Assembly: GCF_009914755.1 (NCBI RefSeq)
Contig: NC_060938.1
From: the human T2T-CHM13v2.0 reference genome, Homo sapiens
Strand: one strand, 5' to 3'
Length of the DNA: 64,000 bases
A model generated the notes under the pieces. That model was not told the origin of the DNA. It worked only from the letters and a program-made list of their open reading frames with translations, and did no database searches. Below, piece after piece: positions 1-17,458 of this stretch. Every line of letters begins with the position of its first letter. The first letter of the stretch is position 1. A program made the translations under genes and the position numbers.

Positions 1-44
1 AAGGGTCCTCTCTTTTTTCATTCTTTCAGGCAAGAGAAGTTGCA

Positions 45-220
45 TCTAGGGCTGCCTTGTACAGTTGTTCAGGTTCTACACTTTACAATTCCAGGGACCT
101 CATTTTCACACATGTATATTTGGATAATTATTATAATAATTTTCCAGTAGATGGCAGTAAAGTATCTTGAGTTAAGGACACCCCTTTTCTGTACAAATAT
201 ACTGTTTGGGCTATTTGCAG
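45..220. mobile_element. MER91-like hAT-Tip100 DNA transposon fragment carrying a CTCF-like motif
   Basis: Resembles recalled MER91 consensus (agggctgcc...ttccagYagatggcagtaaagtRtcttga); CCAGTAGATGGCAGTA at 144-159. Confidence 0.55.
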
Positions 221-445
221 TGCTGGGTGCATCTCTCTACCAGCCCTCCAAACTGCTGAGAGGTTGCCTGACACCCTTTCCCTCCCTTGTCTCACCCCTT
301 CATCGATTGCCTCAGAGTCTCAGAGTTGGGCTGGGGAGTTCAGAGGAGAGTGGCATTAGCACCAGAAAGCCCCAGCTGCATCCTTTATTCCAACAAAGGT
401 GATGTTTGTAATGGGAAATCCTGGGTTCAAGACCCAGCTCCTGCA

Positions 446-769
<324 letters not shown>

Positions 770-1449
770 TGACCTCAAAGTTCTGGGCCCTACTTTTCCT
801 TTCTGAAAAGAGTGCAGTAATAATCCCTGCCCTTGGGGTTGCAAGGAACAAATGCTATTCTGAACATGACCAAGAATGGCTAGCTATAAAGCACTGCATC
901 CATGAGTGTCCTCCTTACCCAGAGAGGATATGCTGCATTATTGTGGGAAGGGTGTGCCACAGACCACGTGGTGCTGCCTTGTCACAACACTCCCCCGAGT
1001 CACCTTCCCATAAGGGATCTCTCTCCTGGCTCTCCGCTGCTACTCTATCCCAAGGGGTTACTTTGACCTCTTCAGCCTCTGATCCAAGCTCCTTAGTATA
1101 GTTCATCCATTAGCCAGTCAATACATACTAGTAAGCATTTACTATGTGCTGGGGTCTATACTAATCTCTAGCCTCAAGTTGCTTACAGTCCCATGGGGGC
1201 AAAAAGTTAGTGTAGTTGCCATCTTGTTTCTTGTTTCTTGATAAAGCTAGGCTTTATCCCATTCCTCTGGGACCCCGGGGGAGAAAGAGACCTTACCCAG
1301 TTCCTGCCTTCCTAGTTCCTAGGACATTTAATGACTGGACACTATCCTTGGCCCCCACCATTGCAGCTCACTCCAAGTTGTAGAAGAGAAGCTCAGCTGG
1401 GCTCTTTTCTGCCTGTCTCATATGGGTCAGGGAAGCCTAGAACAAACTT

Positions 1450-2080
1450 GCTATGGATTTCACTTACAATTTGACACAGCTGTGAAGAAACAAGAAATCC
1501 AAAGTAGCAGTGGCTTAAATGAGCTAGACCTGCAGTTCCTTCTAATGTAAATGAAGTTCAGAGGCAGGCATTCCAGAGCTAATGTGGCCACTCTACAGTG
1601 CCAGGAGGGACCCAGGCTCTTTCCAGTTCCCTGTTCGGTCATCCCTCAGATGTGGTCTTCATCTTCACGATGGAGGTGTTAGCCCAGGGCTGGCAAAGTC
1701 CTTCATCACATCAGGGCCCAGGCTCCTTTTCTATCATTTCCTCCTCAATTCTTAGTACGCAGCCTCTACCTCATGGCCCAAAATAGCTTCTCATGCTCCA
1801 GCCATTGATTCAACATCCATCAGCAGGAAGTAGGAAAAAAAGTATGAGCAAGGGCATACCTTCTTTCTCTTAGGATACCCCCTGGAAATTACTTGTGGTA
1901 CTTCTCTTTGTCTCCCATTGGTTAGAATTTAGCCACATGACCATATCTAGATGCAAAGAAGGTCAGCAGATGAGTCTTTATTCCAGGTGGCCCTGTGCTT
2001 AGCTAAAAATTGTAGGTCCAATTCCTAGAGAAGAAGAGGAGAATGGGAATTGAGGAACCATGAGAATTCTCTACTACATC
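1450..2080. mobile_element. MLT1J/K-type MaLR LTR
   Basis: Motifs cagtggcttaaat, cacatgaccatatctagatgcaaag and ggtggccctgtgcttagctaaaaat typical of old MLT1. Confidence 0.65.
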
Positions 2081-3675
2081 TTGCCTATGAGGGGACATCT
2101 CCTTCCTACAGGGAACATCTCTACCTAGCAGTCTCCCCAGCATAAATTAAGCAGGAAAATAAAATAACCTAATAACCATAACACCACAGAACAAGGATTA
2201 CACAAATACTGTAATGGGGTAATTTCCTCTCTGCATATAAATGACATTTGTGTTCTATTGTACTTATCATCATTGCCAACCCTTATCCTATAATCCCTGA
2301 TGTGCTCAGCTGCCTCCAGTCCTATTCCTCCCGGTCCATGTATAGCATCTCCTCCCACAGCACTGAGACAAAGCCCTCTGTGCACCCATCTCTGCCTCCT
2401 CCCTTTCTAGGGTGGAATCTGGCTAAAGTTAAAGCTAGGGGAGAAATGAGGGGGAGGCCCCGCGACAGCGGCAGCTGCACAGCAGGGACAGGCGGCGGTT
2501 GCCTTGGTGAGCTGGGCAGAGATTTCTATGATGCTGCTAAATGTATTTTCCTGACCTGCCACCGCCTTCTCTTTCCTGCTTAGGAGACACCTTTCAGGAG
2601 CTGAGGCCCCTCATCTCAACTTCTTCTCTGCTCCCACCCTTTAAAATACTCATTTCCCTGCTCATTACCTCTTCCTGTAAGATTGGGTCTGGAGCCCTCA
2701 GACACCCTAGGTGTGGAGGGGGAATGGGGCATTAACACTGATTGAGTCTTGCAGGTATTTTTCCACGGACCTTCACAGCAGCCCTGCACCCTCATCCGCA
2801 TTTGACAGATCAAGCCCTGAGCCTGAGAGCCGCTAGGTAGTTGGTAGTTGGTAGTTGGTCCAGGTCACCCAGCTTGTAGGTGGCAGACCTGGGACTGGAA
2901 CCCCATGTGGGATTCTGAGGGTGGAATTTCAAGCAAGCTACCAGATGTGGGAGGAGACATTTGGGGGCAAGAGAATGTGCACAGCATTGGCTGTCCCTGC
3001 CAGCTTTTCAGGGATAATTTTGGAGCAGGGACGGAAAATCTGACCCTGCTGGTAAAATTAGCAGCAAACCATGTACCCTGGCCTGTGGTTTAAGGGGGTC
3101 ACGTGAGACCAAGAGCTATAGGCACCACTGCCTGCTCCACTTGCCCTCTCTGTCCCCATACTCCCCAGGCAGTTTCACCATCACCCCCAAACTTGATCTC
3201 CAGGCACCCTGGCTCTGCCCTCTCTCCAACCTCTCCAAGCCCCAAAAAATCATCCCTCTACTCAGCAAAGGCAACCTTCAGTTCCCCACCTCCTCCCCTT
3301 GGTGCCCTGCCTGCTCAGCTCCAGTCCTGTCTTCCCCCCTCCCCACCCCACAGTCCCAAGCTGCTAGATCAGGGTAGTGCTGAGAACTTTTGGGGCCTGG
3401 GGTGGGAGTGGCGGGGAGGGGAGAGAAAGGGAAAGGGGAAGGGCATCTTCTCCCCTAGCAGAGCTGGCTCCACGGAGTGGAGTCCTGTGCTAGGAGGCCT
3501 GTCTGGGTAGCCCACTCACACTTCCCATGCTTCCCTCCCCTGTGGTTCCATTCAGCCATCTATCTGAGACAGAGAGAAGGGCAGAGCGTGGGAGGATAGT
3601 TTGGGGTTAAGGTTATCATGGCTCACCTCCTGGAAATAGGACTTGGGGACCAGAAGCTGGATTTCTGAAAGTTTA

Positions 3676-3802
3676 TATGCATACACTTGCTTCTACATGC
3701 CCATTCATACACACAAGCACACCTGTACTGACACATACATGCACAGATGCACACTCACACAGACACATGCATGCACACGCACACAAGCACTCACCTGCAC
3801 AC
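3676..3802. repeat. Degenerate (CA/CATG)-rich simple repeat
   Basis: Visible alternating cacac/catgc tract. Confidence 0.8.
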
Positions 3803-3857
3803 CTTAGTCCAAATTCCTCTGGCAGTCCTCTCTTAAGGTTAAGGGTTTGAACTTTGA

Positions 3858-4802
<945 letters not shown>

Positions 4803-4856
4803 TGATTGATGTACCTTGGCAATTGCTCAATATTCATGCACACATGGATCTCCTCC

Positions 4857-5044
4857 TTTTTATTTATTTATTAATTATTATTTTGTAGAGACAGGCTCTC
4901 ACTATGTTGCCCAGGCTGGAGTACAGTGGCTATCAACAGGCACAATCCTCAAGCCCTGCAGTCTCCAGCTCTCAGGCTCCAGCCATCCTCCCACCTCAGC
5001 CTCCTGTGTAGCTGGGACTACAGGTGTGTGCCACCTGCCCAGCT
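4857..5044 (-). mobile_element. FAM (fossil Alu monomer)
   Basis: Single monomer retaining the 7SL-derived segment gcctgttgatagccactg (FAM GCCTGTGAATAGCCACTG), which dimeric Alus lack. Confidence 0.75.
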
Positions 5045-5106
5045 TCCAGGTCCTTTTTAATGAGTGCATGGTCCTCCATCATGCAGATGCGCCATAACTC
5101 CTGTGA

Positions 5107-5669
<563 letters not shown>

Positions 5670-6033
5670 TAGCCCACGTGGGTGTGCGTATCTGTCAGAA
5701 CTGCATGTGAATGAATGGCTGGCCCAATGACTTGGCCTCTCATCCCTCACGTTCTCAGTTTGTGGATGACAACAGTCAGAGCGCTGGCTTCACGGGGTGA
5801 GGATGAATGAAGTCTTACCGTAGTGCCTGGTACACGGGAACCCCCATCAGTGTTAGCTGGGGAGGGGAAAAGCAGCTGGAATGGGGAGGGGGAGAATAAG
5901 GGGCCTGTGCAGCCAGGGGAGGCTGGTCAGCCCCCTCCTCAAGGCCACCAAGGAGAGATCACAGGGGCCTCAGCCCAAGAAGTCCCCGGCTCTTGCAGTT
6001 GGGACCAGCCAGTGTGGCTGCCACCAGGAGGGG

Positions 6034-6143
6034 AAGCAGGGGACAGGGAGCGGGCGGCAGCTGCATCACAGCCAGAGTGAGGAGCAGGCCAAGCAGGGGA
6101 CAGGGAGCGGGCGGCAGCTGCATCACAGCCAGAGGAGCAGGCC
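6034..6143 (+). repeat. 57/53-bp tandem duplication of unique GC-rich sequence
   Basis: Unit 1 6034-6090 and unit 2 6091-6143 identical apart from a 4-nt indel. Confidence 0.95.
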
Positions 6144-6152
6144 CGGCTTCCC

Positions 6153-6163
6153 TGCTGAGTCAT
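6153..6163 (-). promoter_or_regulatory. Perfect NFE2/NRF2-sMAF (ARE/AP-1 composite) motif
   Basis: TGCTGAGTCAT = reverse complement of ATGACTCAGCA; binding not shown. Confidence 0.45.
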
Positions 6164-6226
6164 CCCCGCTGGAGTGAGAAAGGGAGGGAGTGAAGGAGTG
6201 AGAGAGGGAGGGAGGGTGTGCGCCAG

Positions 6227-6413
6227 CACCGCACATCACACACACGCACACATGCGTGCACACATCACACACACACATCACATATCACACACACATCACA
6301 CATCACACACACATCACACACACATGCACACACACATCACATACATCACATATATCACACACGCACACTTACACCACACATACACACTCACACATGCTCA
6401 CATGCTCACACAC
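6227..6413. repeat. Degenerate (CA)n/(CACAT)n microsatellite
   Basis: Visible tract. Confidence 0.9.
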
Positions 6414-7260
6414 CTCCTGATTTAGGGAAAAGGAGCCCCTCCCAGCAGAAAGAGGCTTTGTTCCCCACAAGATGTGAAAGCCGTGGAGACAAAGGAGAGG
6501 CGGCACTCTCTCCTTTGAGGCTGTTCCCAGCTGCGGTCTCTCCAGCCTTGCTCTGTCCTCACCCCATGCCGACCAATCTTCTCCTCTGTCAGCCCGAATC
6601 CTGCTGCCAGGGTGACCAACCCTCCTGGATGGCCCAGGACTGAGGGCTTTCCCCAAATGACACGAGGACGAGTTGGGCACCCTGTCTGCCCCTCTCCAAC
6701 TCCACCCTCACCTTCACCACCCTGCTGGCACCAGATCCCTGCAAATCACCCCCACCTGGCTTCTCCAGGGAGGCACAAAAGCTTTCCTGGCTCTGCAGTG
6801 ATGTTTTGATGCAACAGACATTTATGAGACTGGTTCCTGAGCTGCACAGAACAGGCATGAGTGAGGCTGCGTGCCACTGGATAGGGGCTGCCCATCACTG
6901 GCAGGGGTCCAGAGGAGATGGAGACTCAGGGGGCAGGCTGGAGGGAGGGTAGCACATCTCCTTTCATTAAAAGCCACTTTTTGTCTTAGTACAAAATCCC
7001 AACACCCAATTGGTGCCTAACGCCCTGCTCTAATTCCTTCTGAATGTATTTCTATTCACATGGAACTGGCTTTGGAAAAGTCTGAATTTAACAGGATTCA
7101 AACAGGAAATATTTTTGCTCTGTCTCTAATCACAGCCTTCGACCATGCTTTGCCAAATCTCCTTTTCTGACCCTGAACAATATTCATGGCAGATTCCTAG
7201 CTTTCTGGTCACCTCCAGTTATTAAAAATCCAGGTTAGTCTAGTTCAATTTAAAAGTTCA

Positions 7261-8212
<952 letters not shown>

Positions 8213-8230
8213 AAGTTAAATACCATGTTC

Positions 8231-8527
<297 letters not shown>

Positions 8528-9139
8528 ATTTTTAAAAATCATGTGCAATTATAGGACGACTGCCGCCGCCCCATGTCCATCAGCATCAAGCAAGGCTAGG
8601 AATGGGGGGCAGAGGTTTCTCTTCCTCCCCTCCCGCATGGAGTCCTTTCATTTCCAGGATTTGAGGTTGGTGTGTGATGGGTTGGGGGATGAGAGCTGGA
8701 GAGGAGCAGCCACAGATCTTGTTCTCTTGGCCACCACTGCCTGATAATCAATGCCTTCTGCCGCAGGCTTCCAAGTGGGGTATGTGGTTGAGTTGTCTAG
8801 GGAGAGGGTTACTCTGGCTAGATATCTTCCCTCTCAGCTCAACCTCCCAGTGGCCCACCAGTGAAATTCCTCCCCAGCCACCTCCCCAGTGTTTATGGGG
8901 CCCCCAGGAAACTGATGCACCCTTACCTGGCCGAACAGGGCATGCGGGCCCCTCCATTGCTGCTGGCTCTGTGTGGCTGCCTCTGTCCACTCTCCTTCCC
9001 ATTCCTGCCCCCCTTGGGCCATGGGATGCCAGCCTCTTCCTTTACAGGCACCCCAGTTTCTGTGAGCAAGTCTCCAGGAGTTCACCCCTACTTCCAGAAA
9101 GCGGAGGGGGAAGCAGAGCCCCTACCCTCGGTTAGGAAC

Positions 9140-9308
9140 AAGGGCAGTTTCAGGGGTGTGTGGTCTGTGCACTTCCATGAGGCCTCAGGTCAGAAGTGCT
9201 GGCGGTTGGTCCAATGCTCTTCTGTCTTGAAGTCTCATAATTTTTAAATTAGGGGCAACTTGTTTTCATTTTACACTGGGCTCCAAAAATTATTTAGGCG
9301 GTCTTGAC
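9140..9308 (+). mobile_element. MER53 hAT MITE
   Basis: Matches recalled MER53 (gtcttgaaattc..ataattttt..ttttcattttRcactgggcYcc..aaattat). Confidence 0.6.
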
Positions 9309-11301
9309 TGTTCTCATCCGCTTATAGAAAGGAGGAGGGTTTCTGGCAATGGTGGGAGTGGAGAGCTGGTTCTGGAGGCTGTTGAAGCCCCAGGAGGTAC
9401 ACAGTGGTTTTCACCTCTCTTTAGAGTGGAAGATGCTCCACACACATTATCCCGCTTTGGGTTCCAGTCATCAGCTTCCAGGCAATAGGATCGAAATGCA
9501 TCAGCATCCTCCTGCAAATACAAACATCCCTCAACATCTAAACACTCACTACCCCCAAATGGGAATCGAATAGATTCAGATCATCTGCTTTTGTTTTTTG
9601 CAACAATGAACTCGTGTTGCATTCATTGTTTTATAACTTCTTTTTTTTCACTTAACAATATGTTGTAAACATATCTTCATGCTGAAAATATTAATCTACA
9701 ATCTAATATTCAGCATCTGTTTCAGGGATATACTGCCTTGTAACAAACCACCCAAGAAACCAATGGCTTAAATCAATGATGATTTATTGTTTCTCACTCT
9801 TCTATGGGTTGGCCAGGCAGTTCTGACCATCCACAAGAAATACAGCATCTTGAGAGAGAAAGACTGGGTTCCGGTCTTTGCCAAGCCTCTTCCTGCTCAT
9901 GTGGTCTTGGCCGAGTTATTGAACCTCAGTTTCCTCATCTATAAAGCATTACAAATTATAATAATGATGTCTCCCTTACCTGTGATATTTTGAAGATTAA
10001 TTGAGAACTATAATAATAGTATATACCTGTATCTATCTATCCATGTAGATAGATACACGTGTTAATGTGTGTGAGGTATAACAAATATTAGAGATTGCTG
10101 TTACTGTTGTTGTTGTTTGGAATGCCTTGGCAAGGGCTAGGCTAGTAAGGAAGTTGCTGGGGCAAGGGGATAGCTGGCTTTCCAGCTCATCACAATGTGA
10201 GGCATCAGAGAGAGGGAGGATCCCTGCTCAGGATAGAAAGATCTGAAAGGAAACAATGGACAGAGCTGAGAATATTAAGCATTGCTCGGCCAAAAGGGTA
10301 CTGAAGGCGAGGAAAAATCATCTCACTGTAGCCTAAAGGCACTTAGTAGTTAGCTATATTTTCCTACAACTAATAATATGCTGGCAATAAAGTCAGGATA
10401 ATATATGCTCAAAAGCGGGTAGTGCCAGCTTAGAGGCATCAGACTTAACAAATGACCTTGGGCGTCCACAGCCTCTGTTCCTGCCCACTCCACCAAGAGC
10501 CCCTTAGGCTGTTCCAGGATACAGAGGAGCATGCAAGGACCAAGGGAGCATCTTGGAAGGACAGGAGAAGCGGTATCAAGGAGCCCAAGTCTAGACCCTG
10601 ATGATTTCCTGATATCTTGTTTCAATTCCCAAACATCCTATATTTCAGTTCTTTCATTTTCACTTTCAGAGATTCCAACATGTAGAGATTCATGTCTTTG
10701 TGTCTTTTGAAAAATGAAATATTTAAAACAAACAAAAAAATATAAAAAATAACCCATCAAAAATCCATGCTCCTATGGCTCAAGGTTGTAAAAATAAAAA
10801 TAAAAATAAAATCCATGCTCTTGCCACCAGCATAAGAAAGAAAACAGTAAATTATCTTTGATGTACTTCCTAATCCCCTCCTCCTACCTTCCCTCAAGAG
10901 GCAACCACTCTCCTGAACCCTGGCATTGACTATGCATGGGCACTCTTTTTAATTTTTTAAATATATAAATAAATCTGATAGGAAAATTGAATTGCTTTAC
11001 AGCGATTTGAGTCCCTGTGAAGGGCTTTTGGGTACTCTGCCAGGGTGTAGATGACGTCTGAAGAGGCTACAAGGGAACCAGAGAGAAAAAAGCCTGATGA
11101 AAGGAACAGAGCCTACATGATCGGTGACAATATCAACTGGAATAACATACATGTAATTAGACCTGGGGGGCATGAACTTTTTTTTTTAATAATGGCTAAA
11201 TTGTTTTAATCCAAAATAATCTAGGAATTATTAGAATTACTAAGAATTAATAAGAGAGTTTAGCAAAGTTGCTGAATTAAACAATCAATATATAAAAATC
11301 A

Positions 11302-11535
<234 letters not shown>

Positions 11536-12187
11536 AAAAATCAATTACACCCTATATAGCAGCAACAAATAATTTGAAAATGAAAAAAATTCAATGTATA
11601 ATTTATATAATATAAACGTATTAGAATTTGGAAATATATTTTTTAAGGGCTATGCGAGACCTTCATAGAAAAAATTATAAAACTTTACCATATTCTTGGT
11701 ATGCCAATACACCATATTCTTGGACCGGAAGATTTAATAATTTAAGGATATCAATTCACCCCAAATTATTTATAGATTTAATCCAATCTGAGCCAAGATA
11801 TCATCAGGTTTGTTTTTAGAACTGGGCAAGCTGATTCTAAATGCAAAGAGCTAAAAAAGGACAAGATATTCTAGAAGTTGAACAAGGTAGGAGAACTTGC
11901 TCTCTCAGATTTTAAGTTTACAGTAAACTTACAGTAATGGTGGTTTCAGGCATAGACAAATAGGCCGGAAGATCAGAGAGCCCAGAAACAGACCCCACTT
12001 ATTCAGACAGTTGACTTATAACAGAGGTGGCGCTGCAGAGAGGTCAGGAAAGATAGTATTTTCAATAAATGATGATGAAGGTCCACAGGTAAAAATTGAA
12101 ATTGATTCCCTATCGCCCATATACACAGAAATCCACTCCAGTTGTACTTTTTTGTTGTTGTTGTTTGTTAAGACAGAATTAACATAA

Positions 12188-12510
<323 letters not shown>

Positions 12511-13693
12511 TAAACCACTTAAAGAGTCTTTTGAAGCATAAAAAAAAAAAAAGAAGAAGAAATGTCATTCCCACTTCCCACTTCCAACCTATTACTCCTG
12601 AATCCCCAGAAACAGCTTCTTTAAGTGCTCAGTTGTTTTATCTGGTACTTATCTGCATATTTCTAGAGACAATACCATATTTATGCTGCTATTTCTCTAT
12701 ATATCCATTTCTAGATATTACTTTTCTATACCCTATTATAATCAATTATGATTTAGCTCTCTTATACCACCAGTAGTAATACATCACAACTTCTGTTCCA
12801 TATTTCCAAAAAAAAAAATGCAATTCAGTGTTTTTTGTGTGTGTACTCACAGAGTTGTGCAACCATCACCAGTAATTACGGAAAGCTTTCATCACCCCAA
12901 AAAGAAAACCCTACAGCCATGAAGCAGTCAGTTCAGTGCCCCCTTCACTATCACCACCACCATGACCACCACCCAACACTTCAGCTCCTGCCAGTGAACA
13001 ACCTACTTTCTATCTCTGTGGATTTACCTATTCTGGACATTTGTATAGACAGAATCATACAATATGGGGCCTGTTGTATCTGGCCTCTTTCACTCAGAAT
13101 AATATTTTCAAGATTCATCCATGTTGTAGAACATATCAGTACTTCGTTCCTTTTTATGGCTGAATAATAGTTCATTGTATATCACATTTTATTTATTCAT
13201 TTGTTGATAGACATTTGGGTTGTTTCCACTTTTCGGCTGTTATGAATAACGTTGCTGTGAACATTCATGTACACATTTTGTTTGAACATGTTTTCAATTT
13301 TCTTGCATATATATCTAGGAGTGAAATTGCTGGGACATATGTATTTCCATATTTAACTCTTTGGAGAACCACGAAACTATTTTCTACAGTGGCTGCACCA
13401 TTTTACATTCCTATCAGCAATGTATGAAGGTTTCAATTTCTTTACATCCTCACCAACGCCTGTTATTTTCCATTTTGTGTCCATCCTAGAGGGTGTGAAG
13501 TGGCATCTCATTGTGGTTTTGATTTCTGTTTCCCTAATAACTAATGATGTTGAGCATCTCTTCATGTGCTTATTAGCCACTTATATATCTTCTTTGGGAA
13601 AACGTCTATTCAAGTCCTTTGCTTGTTGTTAAAAATTAGGTTGTCTTTTTATTGCTGAATTGTAAGAGTTTAAAAACAATATATTCTGGATAC

Positions 13694-14076
<383 letters not shown>

Positions 14077-14750
14077 TTATTCCATTCTGTGGGTTGTCTC
14101 TCCTGAGAGTGTCCTTTGATACAAAAAAGTTTTAAATTTTGATGAAATTCAATTTTTCTTTCATTTCCTGTACTTCTGGTGTCATATTTAAGAAAACGTC
14201 TAATTCAAAGTCACAAAGATTTACACCTATGTTTCCGTCTAAAAGTCTCAGGGTTTTAGGTCTCTTATATTTAGGACTCTGATATGCCCTGAGTTAATTT
14301 TTTGATATGGTAAAAAGTAGGGTATCCAAATTAATTCTTTTGCATATAAATATTGAATTATTTCAGGACTGTTTGTTGAGAAGACCATTCTTTCCACCAT
14401 CAAGTGGTCTTGTCACCTTTGTTGAAAACTAACTGACCATAGATGTATGGGTTTATTTCTGGGTTCTCAATTCTATTTCATATAGAAATGGAATTGAGAT
14501 TATACCAGTACCACATTGTTTCAATTACTGAAGCTTTGTGGTAAATTTTGAAATTGAGAAATGTCAGTCCTTCAACGCTGGTTTTTTTTTTTTCAAGACT
14601 GTGATCGGCATTCAGGTGTCTGGTAATTCCATAAAATTTTAGAATTAGCTTGTCTATATCTACAAACAAGTCAGCTGTAATTCTGATAGAGATTGCACTG
14701 AATCTGTAGATCATTTTGAGGAGTATTGTTATCTTAAAAATATTAAGATT

Positions 14751-14934
14751 CAGCCTGGGAAACATGGTGAAACCCCATCTCTACAAAAAATACAAAAATT
14801 AGCCAGGTGTGGTGGTCCCAGCTACTTGGGAGGCTGAGGTAGGAAGATCACTTGCACTCAGGAGGTTGAGGCTGAAGTGAGACATGACCAAGCCATTGCA
14901 CGCCAACTTAGGCAATAGAGAGAGACCTTGTCTC

Positions 14935-14963
<29 letters not shown>
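14751..14963 (+). mobile_element. 5'-truncated AluJ
   Basis: Partial left arm, right arm and long A tail. Confidence 0.85.
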
Positions 14964-14967
<4 letters not shown>

Positions 14968-15047
14968 TCCAGTTCATGAATGTGGGATGTCTTTTATTTA
15001 TTTTGGTTAAAAATTTTTTTTTAACAGTAGTTTTCAGTGTACAAATC

Positions 15048-15285
<238 letters not shown>

Positions 15286-15694
15286 TTATTCCCAATTATT
15301 TTATGTTTTTCAGTGCTACTATTAATGAAATTCTTAATTTTATTTTTAGATTTTTCATTGCTAGTGTATGGAATTACAACTGATTCTTGTACACTAAAAC
15401 TTCACTAAACTTGTTTATTAGCTCTAATAGTCTTTTCTTGTAGATTCTTTAAGGGTTTCTATATAAACGAGTATGTGATCTGCAAATAGAGATAGTTTTA
15501 CTTTTTCCTTTCCAATCTGATTATCTTTTATTTATTTATTGACTAATTGCCCTAGATAGAATTGCCAATGCGTTGTTGAACAGAAGTGGCAAGAGCTGAC
15601 ATGCTTATCCTGTTCCTGATTGTAGGGGGAAGGCTTTCAATCTTTTATTATTAAGTATGATGTGAGCTGTGGGTTTTTCATAGATGCCTGTTTT

Positions 15695-16160
<466 letters not shown>

Positions 16161-16285
16161 ACCTGTGGTGGCTCGTTCTTGTAATCCCAGCACTTTGAGT
16201 GTCGTTGTTGAGTGGAGTGCTCCATAAATATCTGCTAGGTCTAGTTTGTTTATAGTACTCTTCAAGTCTTCTATATCTTTGATGA

Positions 16286-16596
<311 letters not shown>

Positions 16597-17149
16597 CCTT
16601 GATGATCTTCTGTATAGTTGTTCTATTATTTAAAGTGGAATATTAAAATCTGCAACTGTTATTGTTTGTCTATTTCTGTCTTTAATTATCTCAGGTTTTG
16701 CTTCATGTATTTTGGGGTTCTGTTGCTGGGTGCATATATCTTTATAATTGTTATGTTTTCTTGATGAAATATCCCTGTTATCATTATATAATGTCATTCA
16801 TTGTCTCTTGTAACAATTTTTGTCTTAAAGTCTATTGCTTCCAATATTAGTATAGCCACCCCCACTGCCTTTGGTTACTGTTTTCATGGTATACTTTTTT
16901 CCACCCTGTCATTTTCAGCCTATTTGTATCTTTGAATGTAAAGTGAGTCACCTGTAGATAGCACATAGTTACATCATTTTTAAACACTCATCTGCTATTA
17001 TCTGCCTTTTGATTGGAAAGTTTAATTCATTTACATTTAAAGTAATTGAGGAAGGACTTACTTCTGCTGTTTTGCTATTTGTTTTCAGTGTTTCATACCA
17101 TTTTTGTTCCTTATTTCCTTCATTACTGCCTTCTTCTGTGTTAAAGATA

Positions 17150-17458
17150 TTTTTTTTTATTTTATTTCAGTTTATTTGAGACAAGGTCTTTCTCTGTCAC
17201 CCAGGCTAGAGTGCAGTGGCACAATCTTGGCTCACTGACACCTCCACCTCCCAGGCTCAAGTGATCCTCCTGCTTCAACCTCCCAAGTAGTTGAGACTAC
17301 AGGCGCACACCACTGTGCCAGCTTAATTTTTGTATTTTTGTAGAGATGGGATTTTGCCATATTGCCTATGCAGGTCTTGAATTCCTGGGCTCAAATGATT
17401 CACCCACCTCAGCCTCCCAAAGTATTGGGATTACAGGCGCGAGCCACCATGACTGGCT
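17150..17458 (-). mobile_element. AluJ
   Basis: Full antisense Alu; TSD gatattttt. Confidence 0.93.

Noticed and set aside
6034-6420. Direct repeats as a CRISPR-like array
   Set aside because: Eukaryotic DNA; only two adjacent copies with no spacers and no cas genes
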